Assembly: GCA_027460535.1 (NCBI GenBank)
Contig: JAPZAR010000036.1
Coordinates: forward strand, 30,001-62,000
Source of the DNA: Candidatus Methanoperedens sp.
GTDB lineage: Archaea > Halobacteriota > Methanosarcinia > Methanosarcinales > Methanoperedenaceae
Direction: 5' to 3'
Length of the DNA stretch: 32,000 bases
The position numbers and the translations under genes were made by a program. The notes under the pieces are model-generated. The model was not told where the DNA came from and did no database searches. It saw only the letters and a list, made by a program, of their open reading frames with translations. This document shows positions 7,430 through 15,405 of the stretch, in pieces. The stretch's first letter is position 1. Each line of letters opens with the position of its first letter.

Positions 7430-8917
7430 TTATCTCCCAAAAGGAAAAAGCCTAGGGACTTTTTTCATATACTCCCCATATTCATCGCCAATTCTTGTTC
7501 TTGAGTCTTCTTCTTCATATTCAGCTATATAGGACAGAATTAAAGCAAGAATCAATGAATATATTAAACCAATTAATGAATTCGCTGATAATGCGAGTCC
7601 TAGGGTTCCAATAATCCAACCGAGATACAAGGGATGACGAACGAATTTATAGGGACCTCTTTCTATCAATTTGTTTCCATGAATAAAAACCTCTTTTATT
7701 AGAAGATATATACTCCAGAATATGATGAATACTCCCAGTACAAAAATAAGTAATCCAATAAATGCCAATATTATTAAAATAGTTAGATTGAAAACATTCA
7801 TTATCGGCATAAAGTTTTGTGATATCAACTCTAGATAAAGAAGTATATTTATTATTATAATAAAAACTTGAAATCCAGTTATAGATTTTCTTGATAAATC
7901 ACCAAAACGTGAAAAATGTCTTCTATATCTAAAGGCTACATACAACATTGCCAATAATCCAGCGAATGAAAAAACTATTTCAAATAATGGTAGTGGATAG
8001 GTTACATTGTAGATGTTCTCTTTATTATCTATAAAATTATTCGAGTCGATAATGCTGTCAGACGAAAACATATAAATTCCATAATTATTGCTCGATAAGG
8101 TGGTGTTTTGTAATCTGTTATTTCTCGATTTATCGAGATAGATACCATTATGAGTTTTCGAGATAGCGTTGTTTTGTAACAGGTTATCTCCCCCCAAAAG
8201 GAGATAGAAACCGTTGTTTTTATTTGAGTCAGCATTGTTACCTGAAAGAGAATTTTCACTCGAATCCCACAAATAGACACCCCGGTCATTGCCTGATGCG
8301 GTGTTGTTTACGATCATGTTGTTGTTCGAGCCCCAAAGTTCGATGCCGCTAACATTATTAAAGTTCACGATGTTATTTATTATCGTATTATTATCACTTA
8401 TAGAAACAACGAAAATGCCAATGTTTTCGTTTGAGTTTGCAATGTTATTTGCAATGATATTATTGCCCGAATTCCAGAGCCATATCCCATCACCATTATT
8501 TGATACGTTGTTATCAGAAATATTGCAATAATCCACGCCCAATTCAAGATATATTCCGGCGGCAAATTCAGTGAGTTTATTGGATGTTGTTCCTGTGATC
8601 GTAAGCCCTTTAATATTCACATAATCCGCTGTTACTGTAAATACATTGTTTTTGGGATTTGCTGCTATGATCTTCGAAAATGCAGATCCATTTTCAGATC
8701 GAATGGTCAATCTCTTGTTCACCTTAATATTCTCGGAATAAGTTCCATCCCTGACAATAATCATATCCCCACCATTTGAAGCATTAACTGCTTCCTGAAT
8801 AGTTATGTGATTATCAGGCACATAAATCGTTGATGCACTGGTTATCGTTGCGGAAGCAACAAAAAATAATATTGTTCCAATTGTGACAAATGCAATCAAA
8901 CCAAATTTCTTATTCAT
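7430..8917 (-). CDS. Fusion protein: signal peptide, NosD-like right-handed beta-helix, and C-terminal multi-TM ICMT/PEMT-family methyltransferase domain
   Basis: Beta-helix repeats are present (NNxIxxNxxGIxLWxSxNN). Several hydrophobic helices follow, then GPYKFVRHPLYLGWIIGTLGLAL...AEYEEEDSRTRIGDEYGEYMKKVP, which fits the ICMT-type RHPxY and EE..L..FG..Y..Y signature. The start at 8917 (MNKKFGLIAFVTIGTILFFVASA) forms an ATGA overlap with the upstream small ORF. The ORF track alternative is 8941. Confidence 0.7.
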   Translation of the reverse strand: MNKKFGLIAFVTIGTILFFVASATITSASTIYVPDNHITIQEAVNASNGGDMIIVRDGTYSENIKVNKRLTIRSENGSAFSKIIAANPKNNVFTVTADYVNIKGLTITGTTSNKLTEFAAGIYLELGVDYCNISDNNVSNNGDGIWLWNSGNNIIANNIANSNENIGIFVVSISDNNTIINNIVNFNNVSGIELWGSNNNMIVNNTASGNDRGVYLWDSSENSLSGNNADSNKNNGFYLLLGGDNLLQNNAISKTHNGIYLDKSRNNRLQNTTLSSNNYGIYMFSSDSIIDSNNFIDNKENIYNVTYPLPLFEIVFSFAGLLAMLYVAFRYRRHFSRFGDLSRKSITGFQVFIIIINILLYLELISQNFMPIMNVFNLTILIILAFIGLLIFVLGVFIIFWSIYLLIKEVFIHGNKLIERGPYKFVRHPLYLGWIIGTLGLALSANSLIGLIYSLILALILSYIAEYEEEDSRTRIGDEYGEYMKKVPRLFPFGR

Positions 8918-9060
8918 TCTGTATCCATTGATATAAGCCATACAGCAAGTCCTGCAAATGTTCCTATCAAGAGCCAGGATTCACCAGCATCCCTTGCCCT
9001 AAGTGTTGCAATTATGAATAGCATCCCCAATCCTTTGGTGATTATATATTTCAAACTCAT
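8914..9060 (-). CDS. Putative 48-aa membrane micro-protein
   Basis: Manual translation gives MSLKYIITKGLGMLFIIATLRARDAGESWLLIGTFAGLAVWLISMDTE. Its TGA overlaps the ATG at 8917 of the downstream gene (ATGA). It is too short to appear in the ORF track. Confidence 0.3.
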   Translation of the reverse strand: MSLKYIITKGLGMLFIIATLRARDAGESWLLIGTFAGLAVWLISMDTE

Positions 9061-9175
9061 ACTGATAATTTCGATCTCCAAAAGTTAAACTGAATCCCAA
9101 GAAATTTTAAGAATATATCAAACATATTTTATCCCCTCTCTTTTTATCATTTAAATTCAAACCGCAATTTTCCAT

Positions 9176-9333
9176 GATAAATCACTTCTTATCTAACTTC
9201 ACTATCTGTTTTCCAATTCTTTGATTGAATTTTACAGTAGATTATTTGTATATAATAATTGGTAGTTTATAATATCTGTTACCTGAAAACCGTAATAAAA
9301 GGGGTTTTGTTACGGAAATAGTGTAACAAATCT
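9176..9333 (-). promoter_or_regulatory. Conserved promoter cassette, copy c
   Basis: Plus strand reads gttacctgaaaaccgtaataaaaggggttttgttacggaaatagtgtaacaaa, preceded by ttgtatataataattggtagtttataata. On the minus strand a 22-codon ORF (9175-9107) follows, then genes 9060-7430. Confidence 0.5.
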
Positions 9334-9408
9334 GTTTTTAAATGATTGGGGTCTTCGCGGAATCCTTGTTGAAAAAGGAATAAGACCTTCAATCCTTATC
9401 TTGAATAT

Positions 9409-10029
9409 TTAAAGGTCTTCGTCTTGACCTTGAAATATAGATGGAAATATTAATGGCAATAGCATTATTAAAATACCCAGATACCCAGAAAACTCGGGGT
9501 AAGTGCAGACAAAAGAGCCTTTATATACGGGATCGCCATTAAGATTTTCCCCGCATGTCCCAGGCGTGTCCACTGCCTCTCCTATATGATATGTTCCCAC
9601 TGTGATGGGTGTGCCCGTGACTGTATTGGTCATGGGGTAAATCCCCGATAACGTGTTGCCATACGGATTCACCGACATCCCAGCCGTGTTCACTCCAAAA
9701 CCGATTTGATTTGTTCCCGCTGTGAAGGGTATGGCCGTGACTGTATTGGTCGTCGGGTAAATCCCCGATACGGTGTTGCCATAAAGATTCACCGACATCC
9801 CAGCCGTATTCACTCCAAAACCGATTTGATTTGTTCCCACTGTGATGGGTGTGCCCATGACTGTATTGGTCATCGGGTAAATCCCCGATACGGTGTTGCC
9901 ACCATAATTCGTTACGTAAGTATACGTTTCCGCCTGCGCTGGCAATCCTGACCCAAGTAGGATCGTCATAGTTATTATTATTGAAACTATAATGAGTTCA
10001 TAACTTTTATGTGGTTTATTCTTGGTCAT
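9409..10029 (-). CDS. Secreted, membrane-anchored protein with three degenerate YVTN-like repeats
   Basis: A signal peptide (ILLGSGLPAQA) is followed by YVTNYGGNTVSGIYPMTNTVMGTPITVGTNQIGFGVNTAGMS, present about three times. This aligns with the YVTN repeat of genes 22217/23730 (YVTN..GG..VS.I...TNTV..T..VG.....G..VN.AG). The C-terminus has a hydrophobic segment, GYLGILIMLLPLIFPSIF. SD AAGGAGGC is present. Confidence 0.6.
   Translation of the reverse strand: MTKNKPHKSYELIIVSIIITMTILLGSGLPAQAETYTYVTNYGGNTVSGIYPMTNTVMGTPITVGTNQIGFGVNTAGMSVNLYGNTVSGIYPTTNTVTAIPFTAGTNQIGFGVNTAGMSVNPYGNTLSGIYPMTNTVTGTPITVGTYHIGEAVDTPGTCGENLNGDPVYKGSFVCTYPEFSGYLGILIMLLPLIFPSIFQGQDEDL
9559..9900. repeat. 120-nt tandem repeat, about 2.8 units, inside CDS 9409-10029
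   Basis: Near-identical units start at 9900, 9780 and 9660 on the minus strand, each beginning ggcaacac (GNT). Confidence 0.8.
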
Positions 10030-10190
10030 TTTGCCTCCTTATTAAACCATCTACTTGTATTTGATATAATTTTACAGTAGATTAATTGTGGATAAGAATT
10101 AGTTGTTTATAAGATCGGTTACAGAAAACTGGGAACAAATGGGATTTTGTTACGGAAATGGCGTAACAAATCTTTTTAACCTGACTTTAT
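10030..10190 (-). promoter_or_regulatory. Conserved promoter cassette, copy d (best exemplar)
   Basis: Dyad 1 is tttgttacggaaatggcgtaacaaa at 10146-10170. Dyad 2 is gttacagaaaactgggaacaaa at 10118-10139. TATA-like sequences and the SD AAGGAGG lie before the ATG at 10029. Confidence 0.55.
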
Positions 10191-10412
10191 TCATTCGAAG
10201 TTCATCACCCAGCCCGGCAGGCATGTGTCTCTTCGTCCGTTAACAGCGACGCAGGACAGCGACCTGGTCATTATTCATGCACTGTTGTATCATCTTTGAA
10301 AGATGCAAATCTGGCAAGATCACTTGCTTAAACCGAAACATTGATAAATAATCATGATAATTTCATGTTAACACCTGAAGGTTTGGTGTCAAAATAGAGG
10401 ATTATTTATAAA

Positions 10413-12155
10413 ATGGCAGTTAATGCAGCATTAATACTTGTTGTAGGTATCCTAATATTTATTCATGTATATTATTTACGTATAAAAAAAATTGATAGAT
10501 ATGTAATGAAATGTGACCCTTCTATACGTACTCCTGCGGATAGATATAATGATGGGGTGGAATTTTTCCCCACAAATAAAAACGTCCTTTTTGGTTTCCA
10601 GTTCAAAAGCATAGCAGGACTCGCACCTGTCGTGGGCGCTATCGTAGCCGGCTTGCTGTGGGGTTGGCTTCCTGCGCTTATCTGGATACTTGTGGGGAAT
10701 ATTTTTATTGGCTGGGTGCAGGATTATTTTTCATGCATGATGTCAGTCAGGAAGGATGGCAAGAGCTTGGGTCCGCTTTCTTATGAGCTAATAAGCCCGC
10801 GCACACGGAACATCCTTCTGATATTCCTTCTTTTCTACCTGATACTCCTTATGGCAGCTTTTTCAAGTCTGGCAGCAGTGATGCTATCAAAAAATATCAA
10901 CTACATCATACCCACAGCTACAGTACTTTTAGCAGGTGTACTTGTGGGATTGAAGATGTACCGGTTGAAGATGGACCCAATCATAGCAACAAGCGCAGGC
11001 ATAGTATTGATCGTAGGTGGAATATGGGCAGGTTCTTTGAATATGATCCCTAACCCGATTGGCGGAAGATGGGTGATCGATTTCCCATATTTCGGTACCT
11101 GGGGGATCCAAGTTCCGAATATCTGGCTTACAGTTCTACTTGCGATCTGCCTTGTAGCGGCTCTAACTTCCATCTGGAAATTTACCCAGCCCACGATTTA
11201 CATGTTCTTTTATGTAGTGTTGTTCGGAATCATAGCCCTCGCAGCCACTCTCATATTCGGGAATCATGTTTATTTAATGCCTGAATATACAGAATTTTTC
11301 GCTGGAATGTCAGGCACAGCAGCAATGCCGCTATGGCCGCTTCTTTTTGTAACGATCGCCTGCGGCTCTATATCTGGCTGGCACAGCCTTGTGAGCAGTT
11401 CAGCTACCTCTAAGCAAATAGACAAAGAGACAGATGTTGCACCTGTGACTGCGGGCTCCATGCTTGCAGAAGGTATGCTTGCGCTCCTTGCGCTGTCAAT
11501 AGTTGCCACGCTATCAGTTGCGGATACGACTGATGCACATGGAAATCCACTCTCAGCAGCAGACATTTTCTCAAAGGGAGCAGCAAATCTTCTTGGCGGA
11601 AGCGATACTGCGAACGCTTATGTCGGGCTCATATTCGTTGCTCTTGCGCTTGCTGTGATGATTCTTATTGTGCGACTTGGAAGGTTAACAATCCACGAAA
11701 TCGGGGGAGAGAAAATACCACTCCTTAGGAATAAGATAATAGCTTCTGTGCTTTTCCTTGCTGCGACTTTTTTTCTTGCATCTCCCAATTTCGGAGGTAC
11801 ATGGATATATATCTGGGTGCTGTTCGGGGGATCAAACCAGCTCATGGCAGGACTTTCACTCATGATAATTACGTTATGGCTTATTGATACAAAGAAAGGT
11901 TGGATGATATCTGGAATCCCCGGTGTATTCATGATCGTGACATCGATAGCAGCTCTCAGTTATGTAAGCTACCAGTCGCTAACCAGGGGATTTACTTCCC
12001 TTCTGGTCTCTTCCGAAACTTTTGATACACCTTCCGGAAACATTGTTGCAGGTATTATAGGGATAATCTTGATAATCGCAGCTATTATCATGTGCTATGA
12101 TATATTCATGGCATTCAAAAGGAGAAAAGACGGAATTAATTCGGGAATGTCCTGA
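10413..12155 (+). CDS. cstA: Carbon starvation protein A family transporter (CstA/BtsT-type peptide/pyruvate transporter)
   Basis: 580 aa polytopic membrane protein. The N-terminal motif FGFQFKSIAGLAPVVGAIVAGLLWGWLPALIWILVGNIFIGWVQDY resembles the CstA signature (HF.AIAGAGPLVGP...GWLP..LWI..G.V..G.VHD). Confidence 0.8.
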   Translation: MAVNAALILVVGILIFIHVYYLRIKKIDRYVMKCDPSIRTPADRYNDGVEFFPTNKNVLFGFQFKSIAGLAPVVGAIVAGLLWGWLPALIWILVGNIFIGWVQDYFSCMMSVRKDGKSLGPLSYELISPRTRNILLIFLLFYLILLMAAFSSLAAVMLSKNINYIIPTATVLLAGVLVGLKMYRLKMDPIIATSAGIVLIVGGIWAGSLNMIPNPIGGRWVIDFPYFGTWGIQVPNIWLTVLLAICLVAALTSIWKFTQPTIYMFFYVVLFGIIALAATLIFGNHVYLMPEYTEFFAGMSGTAAMPLWPLLFVTIACGSISGWHSLVSSSATSKQIDKETDVAPVTAGSMLAEGMLALLALSIVATLSVADTTDAHGNPLSAADIFSKGAANLLGGSDTANAYVGLIFVALALAVMILIVRLGRLTIHEIGGEKIPLLRNKIIASVLFLAATFFLASPNFGGTWIYIWVLFGGSNQLMAGLSLMIITLWLIDTKKGWMISGIPGVFMIVTSIAALSYVSYQSLTRGFTSLLVSSETFDTPSGNIVAGIIGIILIIAAIIMCYDIFMAFKRRKDGINSGMS

Positions 12156-12300
12156 ATTTACTAAATTATTGTCTATGCTATATAATCTCTCTCTGTGATA
12201 ATCTGCGCAATCTGTGGATAATATTTCAGAGGAAAATCCGCAGATTTCACAGATTGAACTCTTTTTCATCTACCCAGTAAAGGGATAAAGTGGAAAGTGG

Positions 12301-14121
12301 TTACAAATCCCTCACAAGACGAAAGCCGAGAAAGTTGCTGGGGTGGTCAGATTTTTCATGGTTGCGAAGCGCCGACCGGCATCCTCCTGCGCTTCTGTTC
12401 CAGCTACCGCCCCTAATAATCCGATAAGAGCCATCTACACTTTCCCATGAACTTCCATCTGCTGGAGCTCCATTGTAATTTTCATGCCAACTGTCCTGCA
12501 CCCATTCCTGAACATTGCCATGCATGTCATACAAACCCCATGGATTGGGCTTTTTCTGACCAACATCGTGGGTTTTGCCCCCTGAGTTTTCTTCATACCA
12601 TGCATAAATGCCAAGTTTTGATTCATCTTCACCAAATGAATATCGTGTTGTCTTCCCGGCGCGCGCTGCATATTCCCATTCAGCTTCTGAAGGCATGCGG
12701 TACTTGTTTGTACCTTCTTTTTCATTGAGTTTTTTTATAAATTCCTGAACATCTTTCCAGGATACTCTTTCTACAGGCAAGTTTTCGCCCTTGAAATTTG
12801 AAGGATTGTTTTTCATAACTGCTTTCCATTCCTGCTGAGTCACAGGATAGACGCCAAGATAGAACGCCTTGCTTATTGTTATTTTATGAACAGGTTTTTC
12901 CCGATCAGATTCATTCGAACCCATCATGAAATTGCCTGCGGGGATGAGCGCGAACTTCATGCCTTTTATTTCCTGCTGAGCCTTTAGTCTATCTTGCTCT
13001 TCTTTGGCTTTTTTCTCATCATCTTCTTTTTCCTTCTTCTCCTTCTCTTTTATTGATTTGTTTTTTTCTTTATTTTCCGTTTCAACTATTTCAAGGAAAG
13101 GCAGGGCTTCTGTTGTCTGCTCTTTATCAGCGAAATATGAGCTATTTTTTTTTGCCCAATCTACATGTTTATCCACATCTTGATTTGTTACTGTACCATT
13201 TATACTCGCTAAAGCTTTTTTGAAATCTGAATTATTTAGCGACCTTATTATAGGAGAAATTGGATCTATAATTCCTTTATTTAGTTCATTCCACATGTTC
13301 CAGTGCGCTTCCGTGCAAAGTGTTGCGATATCGCGTCCTGAAAATAATTTCGAGACACAGCTTTTCGCTATCTCCTGCATATCCCCGTCGAACTCTAAAT
13401 CATGTTTATGTATATACAGTTTAATCATTTTCATAACAGCCTGCGGATCAGGCAGAGGGATGTAAATTCGCTTTTGGAACCGGCTGAGCACTGCAGAGTC
13501 AATATCCCATGGAGTATTGGTTGCGCCCATTGTCACAATATGCCGGCTTGAATTCTTATTATGCAATCCATCCATTTCTGAAAGCAATGTGGACAATATT
13601 CTTATCGAAGCTTCAGATTTCTCAGTATTACGGATACTCACAATAGAATCGATTTCGTCCAGAAAAATGATAGACGGGGCTCTTTTCCATGCACAATCAT
13701 ATAAAGCAGAGATGATCTTTGAAGACTCACCGAAATATTTTGATAATATATCGCTTATTTTTACATTAAAAAAAGTAGCTTTAAAAGAGCCGGCAGTTGC
13801 CGCAGCAAGCATTGTCTTACCAGTTCCGGGAGGTCCAAAAAGAAGAATGCCTTTCCATGGGTCAGGTCTTCCCTTAATTTTACTAAAAGTAACGGACTCA
13901 TTGATAGCTTTCTTAGCATTATCAATACCTGCAATATCTTCCCAGGTTACTTTGGTTGAGGTTATCATAACCTTAATTCTTTCATCACAATCCCCTTCTC
14001 TTATTGCAGTATCATTATCTCCAGCTTCACGAGCCGTCCCTGCAGGGTTATTTTGCTTTGTGTACTTTTTCTTTATCGCTTCTAATTCATCAGATAAATC
14101 CTTTAAATCATCTGGGTTCAT
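12301..14121 (-). CDS. Fusion protein: Vps4/katanin-like AAA+ ATPase, Lys/Glu-rich linker, and FGE/SUMF1 (formylglycine-generating-enzyme-like) domain
   Basis: Walker A is GPPGTGKT and Walker B is IIFLDEIDS. GATNTPWDIDSAVLSRFQKRIYIPLPD is typical of the Vps4/spastin clade. The linker is KEKEKKEKEDDEKKAKEEQD. The C-terminal domain reads PVHKITISKAFYLGVYPVTQQEW...VSWKDVQEF...YRMPSEAEWEYAARAG...GLYDMHGNVQEWVQD...RGGSWN...GFRLVRDL. A strong SD, GGAGGGGG, is present. Confidence 0.8.
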   Translation of the reverse strand: MNPDDLKDLSDELEAIKKKYTKQNNPAGTAREAGDNDTAIREGDCDERIKVMITSTKVTWEDIAGIDNAKKAINESVTFSKIKGRPDPWKGILLFGPPGTGKTMLAAATAGSFKATFFNVKISDILSKYFGESSKIISALYDCAWKRAPSIIFLDEIDSIVSIRNTEKSEASIRILSTLLSEMDGLHNKNSSRHIVTMGATNTPWDIDSAVLSRFQKRIYIPLPDPQAVMKMIKLYIHKHDLEFDGDMQEIAKSCVSKLFSGRDIATLCTEAHWNMWNELNKGIIDPISPIIRSLNNSDFKKALASINGTVTNQDVDKHVDWAKKNSSYFADKEQTTEALPFLEIVETENKEKNKSIKEKEKKEKEDDEKKAKEEQDRLKAQQEIKGMKFALIPAGNFMMGSNESDREKPVHKITISKAFYLGVYPVTQQEWKAVMKNNPSNFKGENLPVERVSWKDVQEFIKKLNEKEGTNKYRMPSEAEWEYAARAGKTTRYSFGEDESKLGIYAWYEENSGGKTHDVGQKKPNPWGLYDMHGNVQEWVQDSWHENYNGAPADGSSWESVDGSYRIIRGGSWNRSAGGCRSALRNHEKSDHPSNFLGFRLVRDL

Positions 14122-14627
14122 GTTCCCCCTCCGCTATCATTTTTCATTTTGCTTTTTGAGAATATCTTTCATCCATTTGCCAAAGCCCACAATCACATCC
14201 ATTTAATTTAGTCTATTGATAGATAGGAAAGAAACTTTATTTATAAATAAGCTAATTTTTATTATATTATCCACATTTCTTAAATTCATAGGCACTGCTA
14301 TGTATCTATGATCAGCATATATAATAAACTTCAGCACATCAGTCTGAAAATAAAGAAAAAAGATGGAGATTTTGGTTGGGTAAACTGATAAAAAAGGATA
14401 TAGTTCAAGCTACCTGTTTAGATCAAATACAGCACCCCGCGAATTGCAGTCAATTAAATTGGGTTTCTACTGTATCTCGATAGTTATTACTTGCTGCTTG
14501 TAAAGTTGGTAGATATGATTTGATAAGAGCACCAAGTGCTTTCAGGCGATTATGTGTTTGAGTATTTATACAACATTTTCATCGTTTTGAGCTTTGGATA
14601 AGATATATTTTTGAATCTCGGGATGTT

Positions 14628-14798
14628 TTATGTTTTTGCCCGCGGCTCAACTAACTTCTTGATGTCAAAAAGCGATATGTGATATTCGTTAGATACATCA
14701 AGTTCTGCTTTTATCAAGGCGTCTTGCTCGTCCACACCGCTATTCATGATTGCTTTCTTTCTCTTTAAGATAGCGTTTAGTACTTCGAATATATCCAT
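14628..14798 (-). CDS. Hypothetical 56-aa helical protein
   Basis: Manual translation gives MDIFEVLNAILKRKKAIMNSGVDEQDALIKAELDVSNEYHISLFDIKKLVEPRAKT. A strong SD, AGGAGG, lies 8 nt upstream. It sits 17 nt downstream of the zinc-finger ORF. Confidence 0.45.
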   Translation of the reverse strand: MDIFEVLNAILKRKKAIMNSGVDEQDALIKAELDVSNEYHISLFDIKKLVEPRAKT

Positions 14799-14815
14799 TG
14801 TTACTCGCCTCCTTT

Positions 14816-14953
14816 TTATTTGCTTTTTTGAACAAATTCATGCTCATCTCTCATGTGGCTAAACACGGAATCCATTGAAGCGAACTCCTTTTTGCAGAAA
14901 GTGCAGACATAAACTCTTGGCCAATCTTCTTCAATACCTCTATAGTTTTTCAT
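14816..14953 (-). CDS. 45-aa stand-alone C2H2 zinc-finger micro-protein
   Basis: Manual translation gives MKNYRGIEEDWPRVYVCTFCKKEFASMDSVFSHMRDEHEFVQKSK. This is an exact C-X2-C-X12-H-X4-H spacing. Confidence 0.5.
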   Translation of the reverse strand: MKNYRGIEEDWPRVYVCTFCKKEFASMDSVFSHMRDEHEFVQKSK

Positions 14954-15034
14954 TCTGAATCCTCATTTGAATAATGAACAGGAAAACATTGAGCTACTTT
15001 GTAGTTTATATTTTTCAAATTCATGCCCATAATT

Positions 15035-15115
15035 TCAATCCCCAGATGTAAAACTGGATTTGTTGTAGTTTTTGTTGTATTCTTTTTTTACATTTGTACG
15101 GAAACTTTTATCCAT
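15035..15115 (-). pseudogene. 5-prime remnant of a beta-helix-type gene (26 codons) attached to cassette e
   Basis: MDKSFRTNVKKEYNKNYNKSSFTSGD*. The first ~45 nt are homologous to the start of gene 1-1019 (MDK[IEGLKGQ]SFCTKVKKA), after which the sequence diverges to a stop. Confidence 0.5.
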
Positions 15116-15268
15116 ATTATCACCCTTATTTACTTTATTGACTGAATTTTACAATAGATTATTTGTATATAATAATTGGTAGTCTATAATATTTGTTACC
15201 TGAAAATCGGAACAAATTGGGTTTTGTTCCGGAAATGTCGTAACAAATCTTTTTAACCTGACTTTATA
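15116..15268 (-). promoter_or_regulatory. Conserved promoter cassette, copy e
   Basis: Plus strand reads gttacctgaaaatcggaacaaattgggttttgttccggaaatgtcgtaacaaa, with ttgtatataataattggtagtctataata. The distal flank aacaaatctttttaacctgactttat is shared with copy d. Confidence 0.5.
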
Positions 15269-15405
15269 TTAGCACCAAATGACATGTATTATGAGCGATT
15301 TGGAGGCTTCCCTTTTACCGTTGATTTTGCCCCTCAATCCATCATTGGATTCTCCTTTTTTCTCCATAACAATTTTTATTTACTTTTATCACATAAGACA
15401 CAGGT

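Noticed and set aside
12192-12253. Imperfect inverted repeat (tctgtgataatctgcg ... cgcagatttcacaga) between the convergent cstA and AAA+/FGE-like genes, considered as a bidirectional terminator
   Set aside because: The stem is imperfect and the loop is about 31 nt. Archaeal termination relies mainly on oligo-T tracts. The evidence is too weak to annotate.
10901-14206. Overlapping alternative-frame ORFs inside cstA and the AAA+/FGE-like gene, such as 10901-11194, 11270-11566, 11618-11932, 11979-12269, 12435-12725 and 13517-14206
   Set aside because: Each lies within, or mostly antisense to, a long ORF with a clear family signature. None has its own start signals.
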